Counted from the stretch's first letter, positions 30,900 through 40,880 are shown. The stretch is DNA of 64,000 nucleotides from Bacillota bacterium (GCA_021770445.1 JAETQY010000012.1:53018-117017), one strand, 5' to 3'. Notes: generated from the sequence alone by a model not told the origin. A program made the numbers and translations.

Positions 30900-33091
30900 A
30901 GGCTTTCCTTTCCTCTGCTGAATTGTCCGATGGTTTTTTTCAAAAGCTCCATGTTCAGGGGCTTGGGCACATGGGCGTCCATGCCCGCGGCCAGGGCGGC
31001 CTTTTCGTCCTCGGCGAAGGCGTTGGCCGTCATGGCGATGATGGGGATGGTCCTCGCATCCTCCCTGTCCAGGGCCCGGATGGCTCGGGCGGCCTCGTGG
31101 CCGTTCATCACGGGCATTTGGACGTCCATCAGGATGGCGTCGAACTCACCTGGCGCCGAAGCCTGGAAGCGCTCCACCGCCAGCTGGCCGTTGACCGCGA
31201 TCTCGCAGGTGGCTCCCTCGATCTCCAAAAGCTCCGACAGGATCTCACCGTTGATGTCGTTGTCCTCGGCGGCCAGGAAATGCATCCCCGTCAGGTCGGC
31301 AGCCTCCTCCGGCTCCGCCTCGGCGTGCCCGGTGGCCCCGCCCTTCGGTGTCTCCACCACCCGCAGCTCCAGGTCTACCCGGAACAGCGAGCCCTTGTCG
31401 ATCTGGCTGAACACCTCGATGGTGCCGCCCATCAGTTCCACAATGTTCTTGGTGATGGCCATGCCCAGTCCGGTGCCCTGTACCTTGTTGGTGGTGCTGT
31501 TCTCCGCCCGGGTAAAGGCGTCAAAGATGGTCTCCAGATACTCCGGCGTCATGCCGTAGCCGTCGTCCTCCACCTCGATGCGGATGTGCTCATACTGGCT
31601 GGAGCGCTGCTTGAGGGCGGTGACGCGAAACCAGATATTGCCCCCCTCGGGGGTGTACTTCACCGCGTTGGACAGCAGGTTAATCAAAATCTGGTTGAGG
31701 CGAGTCTCGTCCCCCACTAGGTATTCGTGGCGGACTCCCGTTACCTCCAGGTGGAACTGCTGCCCCTTAGCCTTAGCCATGGGCTGGATGATGGCGTCCA
31801 CCGAGGAGAGCACATCCTCCAGGGCGAACTCCTCCAGGTTGAGCACCACTTTTCCGCTTTCGATCTTGGAGATATCCAGGACGTCGTTAATCAAACTGAG
31901 CAGATGCTGTCCGGAGGCGGTGATCTTTTTGGTGTACTCCCGCACCTTGGCGGGATTCTCCGCGTCACGGTCCAGCAGCGTGGTAAAGCCCAGTACCGCG
32001 TTCATAGGGGTACGGATGTCGTGGGACATGTTGGACAGGAAGGTGGTCTTGGATTCGCTGGCAATCTGGGCGGCCCGGAGGGCCTGGGCCAGCTGCCGGT
32101 TGTGGAGCTGCCGCTCCTCCTCCTGCTCCCTGCGCAGCTTTTCCTGCTGCCTCCAGTTCAGGTAGTACAGGGCGATACACAGGAAAAAGGCGGCCAGCAG
32201 CGAGGCCACGACGACCATAATGTTCTGGTTGACGGTCCGTCCCTCCTGCTGGATGGACTCCACTGGCACATAGCCCACCAGGAAGATCGTGCCGTCGTTC
32301 ACCGCCCACATATAGTTGAGAGCGTGTACCTCCCGGATGTTGTGGTAAAACATGGCGTCCCGGCCCTCCTGAAGACAGCTCTCCACCTCCGCCCGGATCT
32401 CCGGATCCTGGATGTTGTTGGCCCGGTAGAAGTCCGTCAGGTTCAGGTGGCCCGCGCTGCGCTGGCCCATCCCCTTGGGCTTCAGGACAAATCGCTGGCT
32501 CTGGGCGTCCATGATGTACAGCGACGCCTGCCGGTCGTAAAACCCGTCGTTGGGCAGGGACTGGTCGATGGCGTCGTAAATGTACTCGGCGTAGAGGGTC
32601 CCGATCTCCTGGCCGTCCCGCTCCACAGGGCATTTTACGGTGTAGGCCCAGGTGCCCATGTGGTTCACGTAGGACTGGGAGACGGGCATCCCCGAGATCG
32701 TTCCCCCCGCGGAGAAGTCCAGGCCCTCCTCGGTAAACCGCTCTTCGGCGTTGGAGACCCCCTCCGTCTCCCCGGCGAGGATCAGCGACAGCTTGGCCAT
32801 GGTCCGATTCTTCTCGTAGGCGCGGATATAGGCCACCGGGTCGTCTGCGCAGGCGACCTCCCGGGCGATCAGCTCCTGGAACTCGGCCTCGCTGCGCAGG
32901 ATGGCCTCGATGGTACTCTGGATCAGGTCTAGGCTCTCGCTCAGGTTCTGGATGGCGGAGGCGGACATCTCTTTGGATATTTTCTGAGATACGGAAAAAA
33001 CAACTGCTCCAAAAACGCTGAAAATCAGGATAATGGAGAGGAGCAGGGAGAGCCCTCTCTGGTTTTCCTGTTTGGTTGACGTTTCTTTCAT
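30896..33091 (-). CDS. Hybrid sensor histidine kinase/response regulator
   Basis: FLSNMSHDIRTPMN, NLLSNAVKY, GTGLGMAI, receiver LMDVQMP. Confidence 0.95.
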   Translation of the reverse strand: MKETSTKQENQRGLSLLLSIILIFSVFGAVVFSVSQKISKEMSASAIQNLSESLDLIQSTIEAILRSEAEFQELIAREVACADDPVAYIRAYEKNRTMAKLSLILAGETEGVSNAEERFTEEGLDFSAGGTISGMPVSQSYVNHMGTWAYTVKCPVERDGQEIGTLYAEYIYDAIDQSLPNDGFYDRQASLYIMDAQSQRFVLKPKGMGQRSAGHLNLTDFYRANNIQDPEIRAEVESCLQEGRDAMFYHNIREVHALNYMWAVNDGTIFLVGYVPVESIQQEGRTVNQNIMVVVASLLAAFFLCIALYYLNWRQQEKLRREQEEERQLHNRQLAQALRAAQIASESKTTFLSNMSHDIRTPMNAVLGFTTLLDRDAENPAKVREYTKKITASGQHLLSLINDVLDISKIESGKVVLNLEEFALEDVLSSVDAIIQPMAKAKGQQFHLEVTGVRHEYLVGDETRLNQILINLLSNAVKYTPEGGNIWFRVTALKQRSSQYEHIRIEVEDDGYGMTPEYLETIFDAFTRAENSTTNKVQGTGLGMAITKNIVELMGGTIEVFSQIDKGSLFRVDLELRVVETPKGGATGHAEAEPEEAADLTGMHFLAAEDNDINGEILSELLEIEGATCEIAVNGQLAVERFQASAPGEFDAILMDVQMPVMNGHEAARAIRALDREDARTIPIIAMTANAFAEDEKAALAAGMDAHVPKPLNMELLKKTIGQFSRGKESL

Positions 33092-33182
33092 CGCAACTCC
33101 CCATTTCCGGCAGTATGGGAGAATATTTTGCCCATAGAGAATACCTGGAAGATAAAAGCGGACCCCTTGATCCACTGTATTT

Positions 33183-33212
33183 ATTATACTATTCCTTCCC
33201 GTTGAGTGTCAA
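33183..33212 (-). promoter_or_regulatory. Sigma-A promoter of the hybrid kinase
   Basis: Minus strand TTGACA-18-TATAAT. Confidence 0.75.
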
Positions 33213-33318
33213 TAGATGTTAGGGGTGTGCAGGAAAATACATGGCCGGCCACTCCAGTCGTTTATGGCGGGAGAAGGGGCCGTTTTAGATGTGGAGTATC
33301 TTCCCTATGGACCAAATG

Positions 33319-33343
33319 AAAAACCCCCGGCAGGAGCCGGGGG
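33319..33343 (-). terminator. Terminator of ABC/SLH operon
   Basis: cccccggc-tcct-gccggggg followed by TTTTT on the minus strand. Confidence 0.75.
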
Positions 33344-33350
33344 CAGCAAT

Positions 33351-35204
33351 TTATTTGATGACGATGACCCGGACCCGGCCTCCGTCGGCCTCCGCCTTGT
33401 CGTACCAGGCGGTGAGGGAGGCCTGGCTCTCCTCCGCCCTGGCCAGGCTGGACAGGAAATACTGGCCGCCGCGCTGCTCATAGACGGCCACATTGTCGGA
33501 CAGGGTGTACCTCTGGCTGCCTGCCACGAACTGGCTGCCCACGAGCTGCCCGGCCTTGGCCGGGGTGAGGGGATAGAGCCGGTCGGGGTTGGCCGGGTCG
33601 CCCAGGATGCGGACAGGCCCGCCAGTAGCCGGGAAGCGGGTGGTGCCGGAGAAGGCATAGCCCACACCGCCCACGTCGTACTGGTAGGTGCAGAACCGGC
33701 TCATCCCCTCGCCCGTCTCCTCAAAACGGGTGATGATGCCGTACTGGTAAGCGTCGCCGGTGACGTCGTTGAGGATTAGGGTCTCAATCTCCCCCTGGGG
33801 ATTGAGGGAGTAGTATTTGATCTCGCCGCGGTCCAGGCTCAGGCCGGCCAGGCGGCTGGGGTAGATGACCGCGCCCCGGCCATCGCTCACATCCAGGATC
33901 TCCGCCCCCTGGGCAAAGGTGTACTTGTCCAGCCTGGTACCCTCCTTGTTCACCTTGCCGGACAGGGAGGCATTGCCCAGGCCCCGGAGAGTGACCTGGC
34001 CGCCCTGAGCGGCCACGGTGGCCCGGACTAGAGAGCCCGTTTTATAGCTGCCCTGTACCTGGTACTGGTAGGTCTGGCCGTCGGTGGCCAGCAGGGTGAC
34101 GGCCTGGGCGGTGTAGGTGCCGCCGGAGCCGTCAGGGTAGGAGGACTTCTCCACCGCTGTTACCACGCCCACCTTCTCTCCGGCGCTGGCGGACACGTCA
34201 GCCACGGAGGCCACGCCGCCGCTTCGTCCCAGCAGAAGGGTGACGGTGTCCCCCAGGTGGTACTGGCCCAGGTCGGACAGGGCGTAGGCGGCGGAAGAGG
34301 TTTCGATGGGATAGGTGCGGCCCGCCACCGTCACCGAGGTGGGCTCCGCCCGGTCAGGGGCGATGGCCTGGATAGGTCCGGTGGCCTTTTTGGCGTAGGC
34401 CCAGACGGTGCCCATGGAGGCGTTCCAGTAGACGATGTCGTAGTTCTGGATAGCGGAGGCAGTCACCAGGCTGCCGTTTCGGTAGACCTTGCTGGGGGAG
34501 AAGGGGAGGGAGGACCGCCAGCCGCTCTGGGCGACGATGGGTCCCTCCATCTGGCCGTTGATGAGGGAGACCAGGTCCGGCTTGCCCGAGGCGTCCAGGC
34601 TGTGGCCCAGCTGCTGGATGTAGGGGGCCCCCTCCTTGGTTTTGGCGGAGAGCAGGTTATAGAACAGAAACACCGCGTCCTGCCGGGTGAGGGGGGAGGA
34701 GGCGTTCACAGCCGTCACCCCCCGGTCCAGCTTCAGGCTGCGGTACATGGCCAGCTGGCCGGTGGGGTAGGAGCCGGAGAAGTCGCCGGGGCCGTAGCCC
34801 AGCAGGGACAGGACCATGGAGGAAGCCTCAGCCAGGCTGATCTCCCGGCCGGGACGGAAGGTGCCGTCACTGAAGGCGGTGACCAGCCCCCGGCTCACTG
34901 CCGCCTCCACATAGCCGGAGGCCCAGTGGCTCCGGGGCACGTCGGGGTAGGGGGAGGTAGCCGCCTGACCCACCCCGTCGCCAACCGGGGTGGCCTTCAC
35001 AGCCATGGTGACAAACTCGGCCCGGGTCACCTTCTGGGACAGCTTCAGGTCACCGCTGCCGTCCCCGTTCACAATGCCCAGGGCGGTCACCGCCTGGACG
35101 GCCTCGTCCAGGTCGGCGGCGTTTCCCGCCGCCGAGGCGGGCAGAGCCAGCGCAAGGGTGAGGCAGACCGCCAGTGTGGCGGCAATGGTGCGTTTTATCT
35201 TCAT
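33351..35204 (-). CDS. S-layer homology domain secreted protein
   Basis: Signal peptide; SLH motifs KVTRAEF, YPDVPRSHWASGY, GTFRPG, LTRQDA. Confidence 0.85.
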   Translation of the reverse strand: MKIKRTIAATLAVCLTLALALPASAAGNAADLDEAVQAVTALGIVNGDGSGDLKLSQKVTRAEFVTMAVKATPVGDGVGQAATSPYPDVPRSHWASGYVEAAVSRGLVTAFSDGTFRPGREISLAEASSMVLSLLGYGPGDFSGSYPTGQLAMYRSLKLDRGVTAVNASSPLTRQDAVFLFYNLLSAKTKEGAPYIQQLGHSLDASGKPDLVSLINGQMEGPIVAQSGWRSSLPFSPSKVYRNGSLVTASAIQNYDIVYWNASMGTVWAYAKKATGPIQAIAPDRAEPTSVTVAGRTYPIETSSAAYALSDLGQYHLGDTVTLLLGRSGGVASVADVSASAGEKVGVVTAVEKSSYPDGSGGTYTAQAVTLLATDGQTYQYQVQGSYKTGSLVRATVAAQGGQVTLRGLGNASLSGKVNKEGTRLDKYTFAQGAEILDVSDGRGAVIYPSRLAGLSLDRGEIKYYSLNPQGEIETLILNDVTGDAYQYGIITRFEETGEGMSRFCTYQYDVGGVGYAFSGTTRFPATGGPVRILGDPANPDRLYPLTPAKAGQLVGSQFVAGSQRYTLSDNVAVYEQRGGQYFLSSLARAEESQASLTAWYDKAEADGGRVRVIVIK

Positions 35205-35222
35205 ATGGCACATTCCTTTCCT

Positions 35223-36470
35223 TTAATCGTATCTCAAAGCGTCGATGGGGTTCAATTTGGCCGCCTTGTTGGCGGGCAGGTAGCCGAAGAGGATGCCGAT
35301 GCCCACCGAAACGCCGAAGCTGAGTAGGATGGCCCCCATGGTGGGGGTGGCGTTGAAGGTGATGCCGCTGGTGCCCAGGCTGGCTACCAGCATGCCGCCC
35401 AGCAGGGCCTCCAGCAGCTTGGCCAGCAGACAGCCAAAGCCGATGCCCAGCAGCCCGCCGATGGCGGAGGTGGTGCCCGCCTCGATGACGAACTGGCTGC
35501 GGATGTCCCGCCGCTTGGCTCCCAGGGACTTGCGTACGCCGATCTCCCTTGTGCGCTCGGTGACGGACACCAGCATGATGTTCATAATCCCGATACCGCC
35601 CACCAGCAGGGAAATGGCGGCGATGGCTACCAGCACCCCCATGGCCACCCCCATCATGCCGTTAATCATGTTGGCCTGCTCCGCCATGGTGGTGATGTAA
35701 AAGTAATCATACATCCCATCCTCCACCCGGTAAAATCTGTTGAGATAGGCCTCAATGACCCGCTTGGCGGCGTCGGCGGTCTCCCCGGAGGTGCTGGTAA
35801 AGATGAACAGGCCCGCCCAACGGTCGCCAATGATCTCCATGGCGGTGGTGTAGGGGAGGTATATCTGGTCGTCCTGAGTGCCGGGGAGCATCTCCAGCTC
35901 GGCGTTGCGCTTGAGCACCCCGATTACTGTCAGGACCCGGCCGTTGATGGAGAGGGTCTTGCCCAAGGCGTCGCCGTGAAAGGCCTCCTGCTCCAGATAG
36001 GCCCCGATGACGCAGACGGCCTCCCGGCGCTCCACATCCAGGTAGCTGAAAAAGCGGCCCTTGGCCAACTGCTCACCGTCCATGGTGTAGTTGGTGGCTG
36101 AGTTATACATAATCTCACTGACGCCGTACACCTGGGTCCGGTCATACTTTTCGTCCCCGTGGCGGACCACGCCGTTGGGGCTGACATAGGGGGACACACC
36201 GGTGAGGACGTCCGGATTTTGCTCTACCAGGTCATAGAAATCATCCGCATCGGGCATCACGTCTCCTGTATACCACAGCTGTAGCTGGATCATGTTGATG
36301 CCCATTTTGTCGATCTGCTGCTGGACCATGCCGGTGAGGCCGTTGCCCAGGGACAAAATCACAATGACCGCCCCCACGCCGATGATGATGCCCAGCATGG
36401 TGAGCAGAGCCCGCATCTTGCTGGTGGTGAGGGACTTGATGGCCAGGCGGAAGGACTGTGTAAAGTTCAC
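35223..36470 (-). CDS. ABC transporter permease (MacB/FtsX-like)
   Basis: LTMLGIIIGV, GGIGIMNIMLVSVTERTREIG, NPIDALR. Confidence 0.93.
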   Translation of the reverse strand: MNFTQSFRLAIKSLTTSKMRALLTMLGIIIGVGAVIVILSLGNGLTGMVQQQIDKMGINMIQLQLWYTGDVMPDADDFYDLVEQNPDVLTGVSPYVSPNGVVRHGDEKYDRTQVYGVSEIMYNSATNYTMDGEQLAKGRFFSYLDVERREAVCVIGAYLEQEAFHGDALGKTLSINGRVLTVIGVLKRNAELEMLPGTQDDQIYLPYTTAMEIIGDRWAGLFIFTSTSGETADAAKRVIEAYLNRFYRVEDGMYDYFYITTMAEQANMINGMMGVAMGVLVAIAAISLLVGGIGIMNIMLVSVTERTREIGVRKSLGAKRRDIRSQFVIEAGTTSAIGGLLGIGFGCLLAKLLEALLGGMLVASLGTSGITFNATPTMGAILLSFGVSVGIGILFGYLPANKAAKLNPIDALRYD

Positions 36471-37213
36471 GCGCCCACCTCCTCGTCTTTCTCGTCCTCG
36501 CCGTGGGGCTGGACCACCGCCCGGGGGTCGTGGGCGTCCCCGTCGTAGATGATCTTCCCGTCCTGGAGGCGGACAATGCGGTCGGCCTTTACGGCGATGG
36601 AGTTGTCGTGGGTGATCAGGACCACCGTGTCCCCCTCCCGGTTGAGCTGCTTGAGAAATTTCAGCACCTCCCGGCCGGTGCGGGAGTCCAGGGCGCCGGT
36701 TGGCTCGTCGGCCAGAATTACCGAGGGCGTCCCCGCCAGGGCCCGGGCGATGGACACCCGCTGCTGCTGGCCGCCGGACAGCTGGGAGGGCAGGTTTTTC
36801 GCCTTGTCCCGCAGCCCCACCCGCTCCAGGGATTGAAGGGCCCGCTCCCGCCGCTCCTCGCCGGGCACCCCGGCGTAGAGGAGGGGCAGCTCCACATTCT
36901 CCAGCACGGTGAGCTTGGGGATCAGGTTGTACTGCTGAAAGATGAACCCCAGCATTTTATTGCGAATTTCGGCCTGCTGGTCGTCGCCCATGGTGGACAC
37001 GTCCACGCCCCCCAGGTGGTAGGTGCCCGAGGTGGGCACATCCAGACAGCCGATGATATTCATGGCGGTGGATTTGCCCGAGCCGGAGGAGCCCACGATG
37101 GCCACGAACTCCCCCTGGTCGATGGTCAGATCGACGCCGTCCAGGGCGTGGACGGTCTCTGAGCCCATCTGGTATATCTTAAAGACGTTTTTTAATTCAA
37201 TAAGGTGTTCCAA
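36467..37213 (-). CDS. ABC transporter ATP-binding protein (MacB/LolD-like)
   Basis: GSSGSGKST, LSGGQQQRV, ADEPTGALD. Confidence 0.95.
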   Translation of the reverse strand: MEHLIELKNVFKIYQMGSETVHALDGVDLTIDQGEFVAIVGSSGSGKSTAMNIIGCLDVPTSGTYHLGGVDVSTMGDDQQAEIRNKMLGFIFQQYNLIPKLTVLENVELPLLYAGVPGEERRERALQSLERVGLRDKAKNLPSQLSGGQQQRVSIARALAGTPSVILADEPTGALDSRTGREVLKFLKQLNREGDTVVLITHDNSIAVKADRIVRLQDGKIIYDGDAHDPRAVVQPHGEDEKDEEVGA

Positions 37214-37228
37214 GGCTCATCGACCTCC

Positions 37229-38878
37229 CTAGTACACGACGGCGCCGCTGCCAGCAGCTCCCGCGTCCATACCGGTCTGGGCAGGCACCAGGACAGTCTC
37301 CCCCTCGCTCAGGCCGGAGGTGATTTCCACATAGGTGCCGTCGCCGCCGCCCAGGGTGACGGTGCGCTCCTCGGTCTTGGTGGGGTCCACTACGGTGGTC
37401 CCGTCGGGGGACAGGCAGCCCTCCAAGGGGACCAGTACCGTATCCCCCCGCTGGACCGCCGCCGCCGGGATAGACAGGGCGTTTTTCACCTGCTCCACAA
37501 TGATGTCGGCGGACACGTTCATCCCTGGGTTCAGCCCGCCGTAGTCCTCCAGCAGGATGGTGGCGGGGTAGGTGGTGAAGCCGTTAGTGGTGGTGCCGTT
37601 GATGCTCACCCGGTCCACCTTGCCCTGGAAGACCTGGCCGGGGATGGCGTCGGCGGTGATGTCCACCGTCTGGCCTTCCTGAATTTTGCTCAGGTCCAGC
37701 TCACTGATGTTCATCTCCAGCTTCAGGTAGCTCAGGTCGTAGATGACGGCCAGAGAGCCGGACTCGATGTTGTTTACGTTGTCCCCGGCCTTGATGTTTT
37801 TCTCAATGACGGTGCCCGAGATGGGGGCAGTGATGGTGTAGTTCTCCAGGGAGTCCTGGGCCCGCTGGAGGGAGAGTTTTGCGTTCTCCAGGGCGATGGA
37901 CAGGTCCTCTAGGGAGCTCTGGGCAGCCGTCCCGCCCAGGGTGGCCAGGGCGGAGCCCCCGGACACCTTGCTGCCGGCGGTGACATTCACGGCTACCACC
38001 TCGCCGCTGGCCTGGGCCACCACCGTCTGGCGCAGAGCCTCCTCAAAGCTGGCGCTGCCGGCGCAGGCGATGTCCCCCACAGTGGCGGTGGCGGAGTTGG
38101 CGGCAGTGAGGGCACCGGGGTTGTTCACCCGGATTTTTACATTCCGGATCAGGGCGCCCCCTGCCCCCACCAGCTCAGCGGAGGACACAGACTCCACCGT
38201 GCCGGTGAGGGCCTCCATGGTGCCGGCGACGGTCACCTGGGCGGACTGACCGGCCCGGATGTTCTGGGCATCGGCGGAGTGGAAGGGGAGGACCGCCGTC
38301 AGGGTGGAGGTGTCGGCGATCTCGGCGATGGGGGTGCCGGGGGAGACCAGGTCCCCCTTCTGGACCAGCACCTGCTGGACCACTCCGGCCCCGCCCGCCC
38401 GGACAGTGAGGTTAGAGGCCAGGTCGTCGTAGCTCTTCTGGGCCTGGCGGACAGACAGCTCCGCCTGTTGGATGCTCATTTCCGCGTCCTTGGCGTCCAG
38501 GCGGTAGAGCAGCTGTCCCTTCTCCACCCGGTCGCCCACCTCAAAGGGGGCCTCCAGTACCTCGCCGGTGACCAGGGGCTTGAGGTAGTAGGAGTCTATG
38601 GGGGTGACGGTGCCCGTGCCCGATACCCCGACGGTCAGATCCCGGCGCTGGACGGTGTCCGGGGTGTACTGTCCCATGGCGGGGACGCCGCCTCCCTGAC
38701 CGGGACGAATCAGGAACCAGTAGGCGCCCAGGGACACGGCGGCCAAAATGGCGATCCTGCGCACCCACTTCTTCCGTTTTGGGGGCAGGTGGAGGGCAGG
38801 AAGTTTCCGTTTTGGCTTTTGATCCGCCTGAGCGAGCTGGGCGGTTGTCTCTCTAGTTGGTGTCTGAGTGGTTTCCAT
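37229..38878 (-). CDS. Membrane-fusion / efflux adaptor subunit (MacA-like)
   Basis: N-terminal TM, VEKGQLLYRLD lipoyl half, ITAPISGTVI; real start METTQ at 38878. Confidence 0.88.
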   Translation of the reverse strand: METTQTPTRETTAQLAQADQKPKRKLPALHLPPKRKKWVRRIAILAAVSLGAYWFLIRPGQGGGVPAMGQYTPDTVQRRDLTVGVSGTGTVTPIDSYYLKPLVTGEVLEAPFEVGDRVEKGQLLYRLDAKDAEMSIQQAELSVRQAQKSYDDLASNLTVRAGGAGVVQQVLVQKGDLVSPGTPIAEIADTSTLTAVLPFHSADAQNIRAGQSAQVTVAGTMEALTGTVESVSSAELVGAGGALIRNVKIRVNNPGALTAANSATATVGDIACAGSASFEEALRQTVVAQASGEVVAVNVTAGSKVSGGSALATLGGTAAQSSLEDLSIALENAKLSLQRAQDSLENYTITAPISGTVIEKNIKAGDNVNNIESGSLAVIYDLSYLKLEMNISELDLSKIQEGQTVDITADAIPGQVFQGKVDRVSINGTTTNGFTTYPATILLEDYGGLNPGMNVSADIIVEQVKNALSIPAAAVQRGDTVLVPLEGCLSPDGTTVVDPTKTEERTVTLGGGDGTYVEITSGLSEGETVLVPAQTGMDAGAAGSGAVVY

Positions 38879-39178
38879 AGTGTTCCTCCTTGATTTGGCG
38901 GCGGAAAATGTCGCCTTTATATACGCCGGTATCCCGGTCTTTTTCACAGGGGTATTGTAGCGGAAGAATCTTACATTTCTCAGAAGAAAAGTTAAAAGTT
39001 TCATTAAAAATTTCCAGGTCCTACTGTACTGCTGTAGAGTAAAGACAGCAGTAAAGAAAAGGGTAAAGATTTGGGAAAAATTTTGATGTCTGCCCTTGAC
39101 TTGGACCACCGTACACCTTCCTCCTAGTGGAAAGTCAAGGGGAAATTGAAAAAAACCGGAAGATGGGCACAGTTGCTC

Positions 39179-39207
39179 TTGAGAAATGGAGGGCGCTATG
39201 CTACAAT
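39179..39207 (+). promoter_or_regulatory. Promoter of ychF
   Basis: TTGAGA-17-TACAAT with extended TG; SD aggaggag follows. Confidence 0.7.
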
Positions 39208-39249
39208 AGGACACGCTTATTGGTAAGTTTTAAAATCAGGAGGAGAACT

Positions 39250-39267
39250 ATGAAATTAGGAATCGTA
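39250..39267 (+). pseudogene. ychF: 5' stub of ychF (MKLGIV) cut at the element junction; stub frame stops at 39297
   Basis: Promoter + SD + ATG AAA TTA GGA ATC GTA; clostridial YchF starts MKLGIVGLPNVGKS; only 6 codons match. Confidence 0.65.
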
Positions 39268-39309
39268 AGATACTCTCCCGGTTTTGTAATTCTATAAATC
39301 CCAATAAAC

Positions 39310-39401
39310 CCTGATATATCAAGGCTTTGACGAATTAGTACAAGTATAAAGGTCTATGCAATTCCATACATCTACATGCCAAAATGGTGTAGAAATGGTG
39401 T
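39310..39401. repeat. Attachment-arm-like motifs
   Basis: Palindrome tgatatatca (39312-39321); direct repeat aaatggtgt at 39382 and 39393 (11-bp period). Confidence 0.5.
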
Positions 39402-39468
39402 GGTAGATATGGACCAATGTTAACCGAGAAAGAACCGATGCAGTACTTTCCCATAATTACGAAAATTG

Positions 39469-39513
39469 AGCAGTAGCTGGTGCAAAAGACAAATTGCACC
39501 AGCTACTGCTTTT
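39469..39513 (+). terminator. Perfect 17-bp hairpin with T-run
   Basis: agcagtagctggtgcaa-aagacaaa-ttgcaccagctactgct-ttt. Confidence 0.8.
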
Positions 39514-39543
39514 ACATACAACTAAAATAAAGGAGTAGGTCAT

Positions 39544-39764
39544 ATGAGAGAAGGCATTTTAATTCCTGATATGCAAACTGGTCGTGCGGATATCCGCTTT
39601 AGTAGCGATGACTGCTACGGGGGCCTCCACTGCGGCACTACAAGGATATCTGGTTAAATGAACAGTGGGTACCCACCCGCATTGAGATGAACAGCAGCGG
39701 CTGGTACCTGGTCGGTGTTCAAGTCGAAACGCTGTGGGGGCAGAGGGTACGCATCCGCTGGTGA
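39544..39764 (+). pseudogene. DUF5348-like small protein, frameshifted near 39640
   Basis: MREGILIPDMQTGRADIRF..YGGLHCG then frame change to DIWLNEQWVPTRIEM...WYLVG; SD aaggag. Confidence 0.7.
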
Positions 39765-39895
39765 TCAGACGGCGATACTTTCCAAAGCCGACTACAAAGC
39801 CGTCAACTTTGCGGACGCTATTCCGGTATCATGGAGACAGGGCATCACATCATCGTCAGTCAACAGCACAGGCATCCGGTCATGGACATGGATGA
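39702..39895 (+). repeat. 194-bp direct repeat copy 1 (DUF5348 3' end + SRAP 3' remnant)
   Basis: About 19 mismatches against 41026-41219 by manual alignment (~90% identity). Confidence 0.9.
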
Positions 39896-39935
39896 CATTA
39901 CCTTTCTCACAAGACCCATATTATTGGATGGTTCG

Positions 39936-40880
39936 TTACACAGGTGCAGTATCATCCACGGCTGACATAGGTATGGGCATGACCCACAACTCCATGTAAG
40001 CTGCGCCTTCTGTGTCCCGATAATACTTTTCAGCCGAAAACGGTGCGGTCGTAAAATTATGCTGGGGCAGCCATGTGCCAAAGAGATACCGACTGGCCTG
40101 GTTCAAAGCAGCTGTCACTAATATCTCAAAATTTTCTGCCTCCACTTTACACACGGTATACTCACCAGCGGGCAGCTCCCGCTTAACCATACCGTCTGTG
40201 AACGAGGACGGATCATTTTCCAACAGTCCACCTGCAAAGTACTGGAAGGTTCCCAATTTGGGATCTGCGGAATGAGACATCCCCAGCTCCGCGCCTGCAT
40301 GGACACCTGGAGCGATAGAACCTCGTTCGGTATGATACCGGCGCCAGAGCTGGCCGGGGATGTCCACGCCAGTGCTCTCGCCAGCCGGTGTCTGTGCGGC
40401 AATACTGACTGCGGTTTCAAAACCGATATAGGTTTCCGGAGCAATCAGGGTTTTCCGTTCAATCTCCAGGACAATATCGCCCACTACCAGTGGGACACCC
40501 TCACCGATCAGCACATAGTTCGCAGAGACCTCTGGACGGTCAAATGTGTTGAGCATAGGGAGCGTCCTTCGATACTCTTCCGGAGTAATTGCGTAGGTAT
40601 CTTTGAAGGCTCTTGTAAAATTGGCGTGGCTGGAAAAACCGTAGTCCATGGCCACATCAAGAATCCTCCGCTTAGTATCCCGCAATGCGTCAGCCGCTCT
40701 GGCCAGCCGGCGGAGCTTGATATACTCCTGAACCGGCTTGTGTACCAAGCGTTTGAACAGACGCTGGAAGTAGAACGGGGAGAGGGCGGTTGCATCGGCC
40801 AGCGCCTCTATCTTGACCTCTTCCTCCAGGTGCTCCTCAATAAAGTCTAAAGAGCGTTCGATTGTTTCCCATGCGTGCAT
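39936..40880 (-). CDS. AraC-family regulator with C-terminal GyrI-like effector domain
   Basis: LSPFYFQRLFK, DVAMDYGFSSHANFTRAFK; RELPAGEYTV, WLPQHN, MELWVMP. Confidence 0.92.
   Translation of the reverse strand: MHAWETIERSLDFIEEHLEEEVKIEALADATALSPFYFQRLFKRLVHKPVQEYIKLRRLARAADALRDTKRRILDVAMDYGFSSHANFTRAFKDTYAITPEEYRRTLPMLNTFDRPEVSANYVLIGEGVPLVVGDIVLEIERKTLIAPETYIGFETAVSIAAQTPAGESTGVDIPGQLWRRYHTERGSIAPGVHAGAELGMSHSADPKLGTFQYFAGGLLENDPSSFTDGMVKRELPAGEYTVCKVEAENFEILVTAALNQASRYLFGTWLPQHNFTTAPFSAEKYYRDTEGAAYMELWVMPIPMSAVDDTAPV

Noticed and set aside
39860-40081. 73-aa minus-strand ORF
   Set aside because: Overlaps the AraC 3' end in another frame and runs into the SRAP remnant; no RBS or motif
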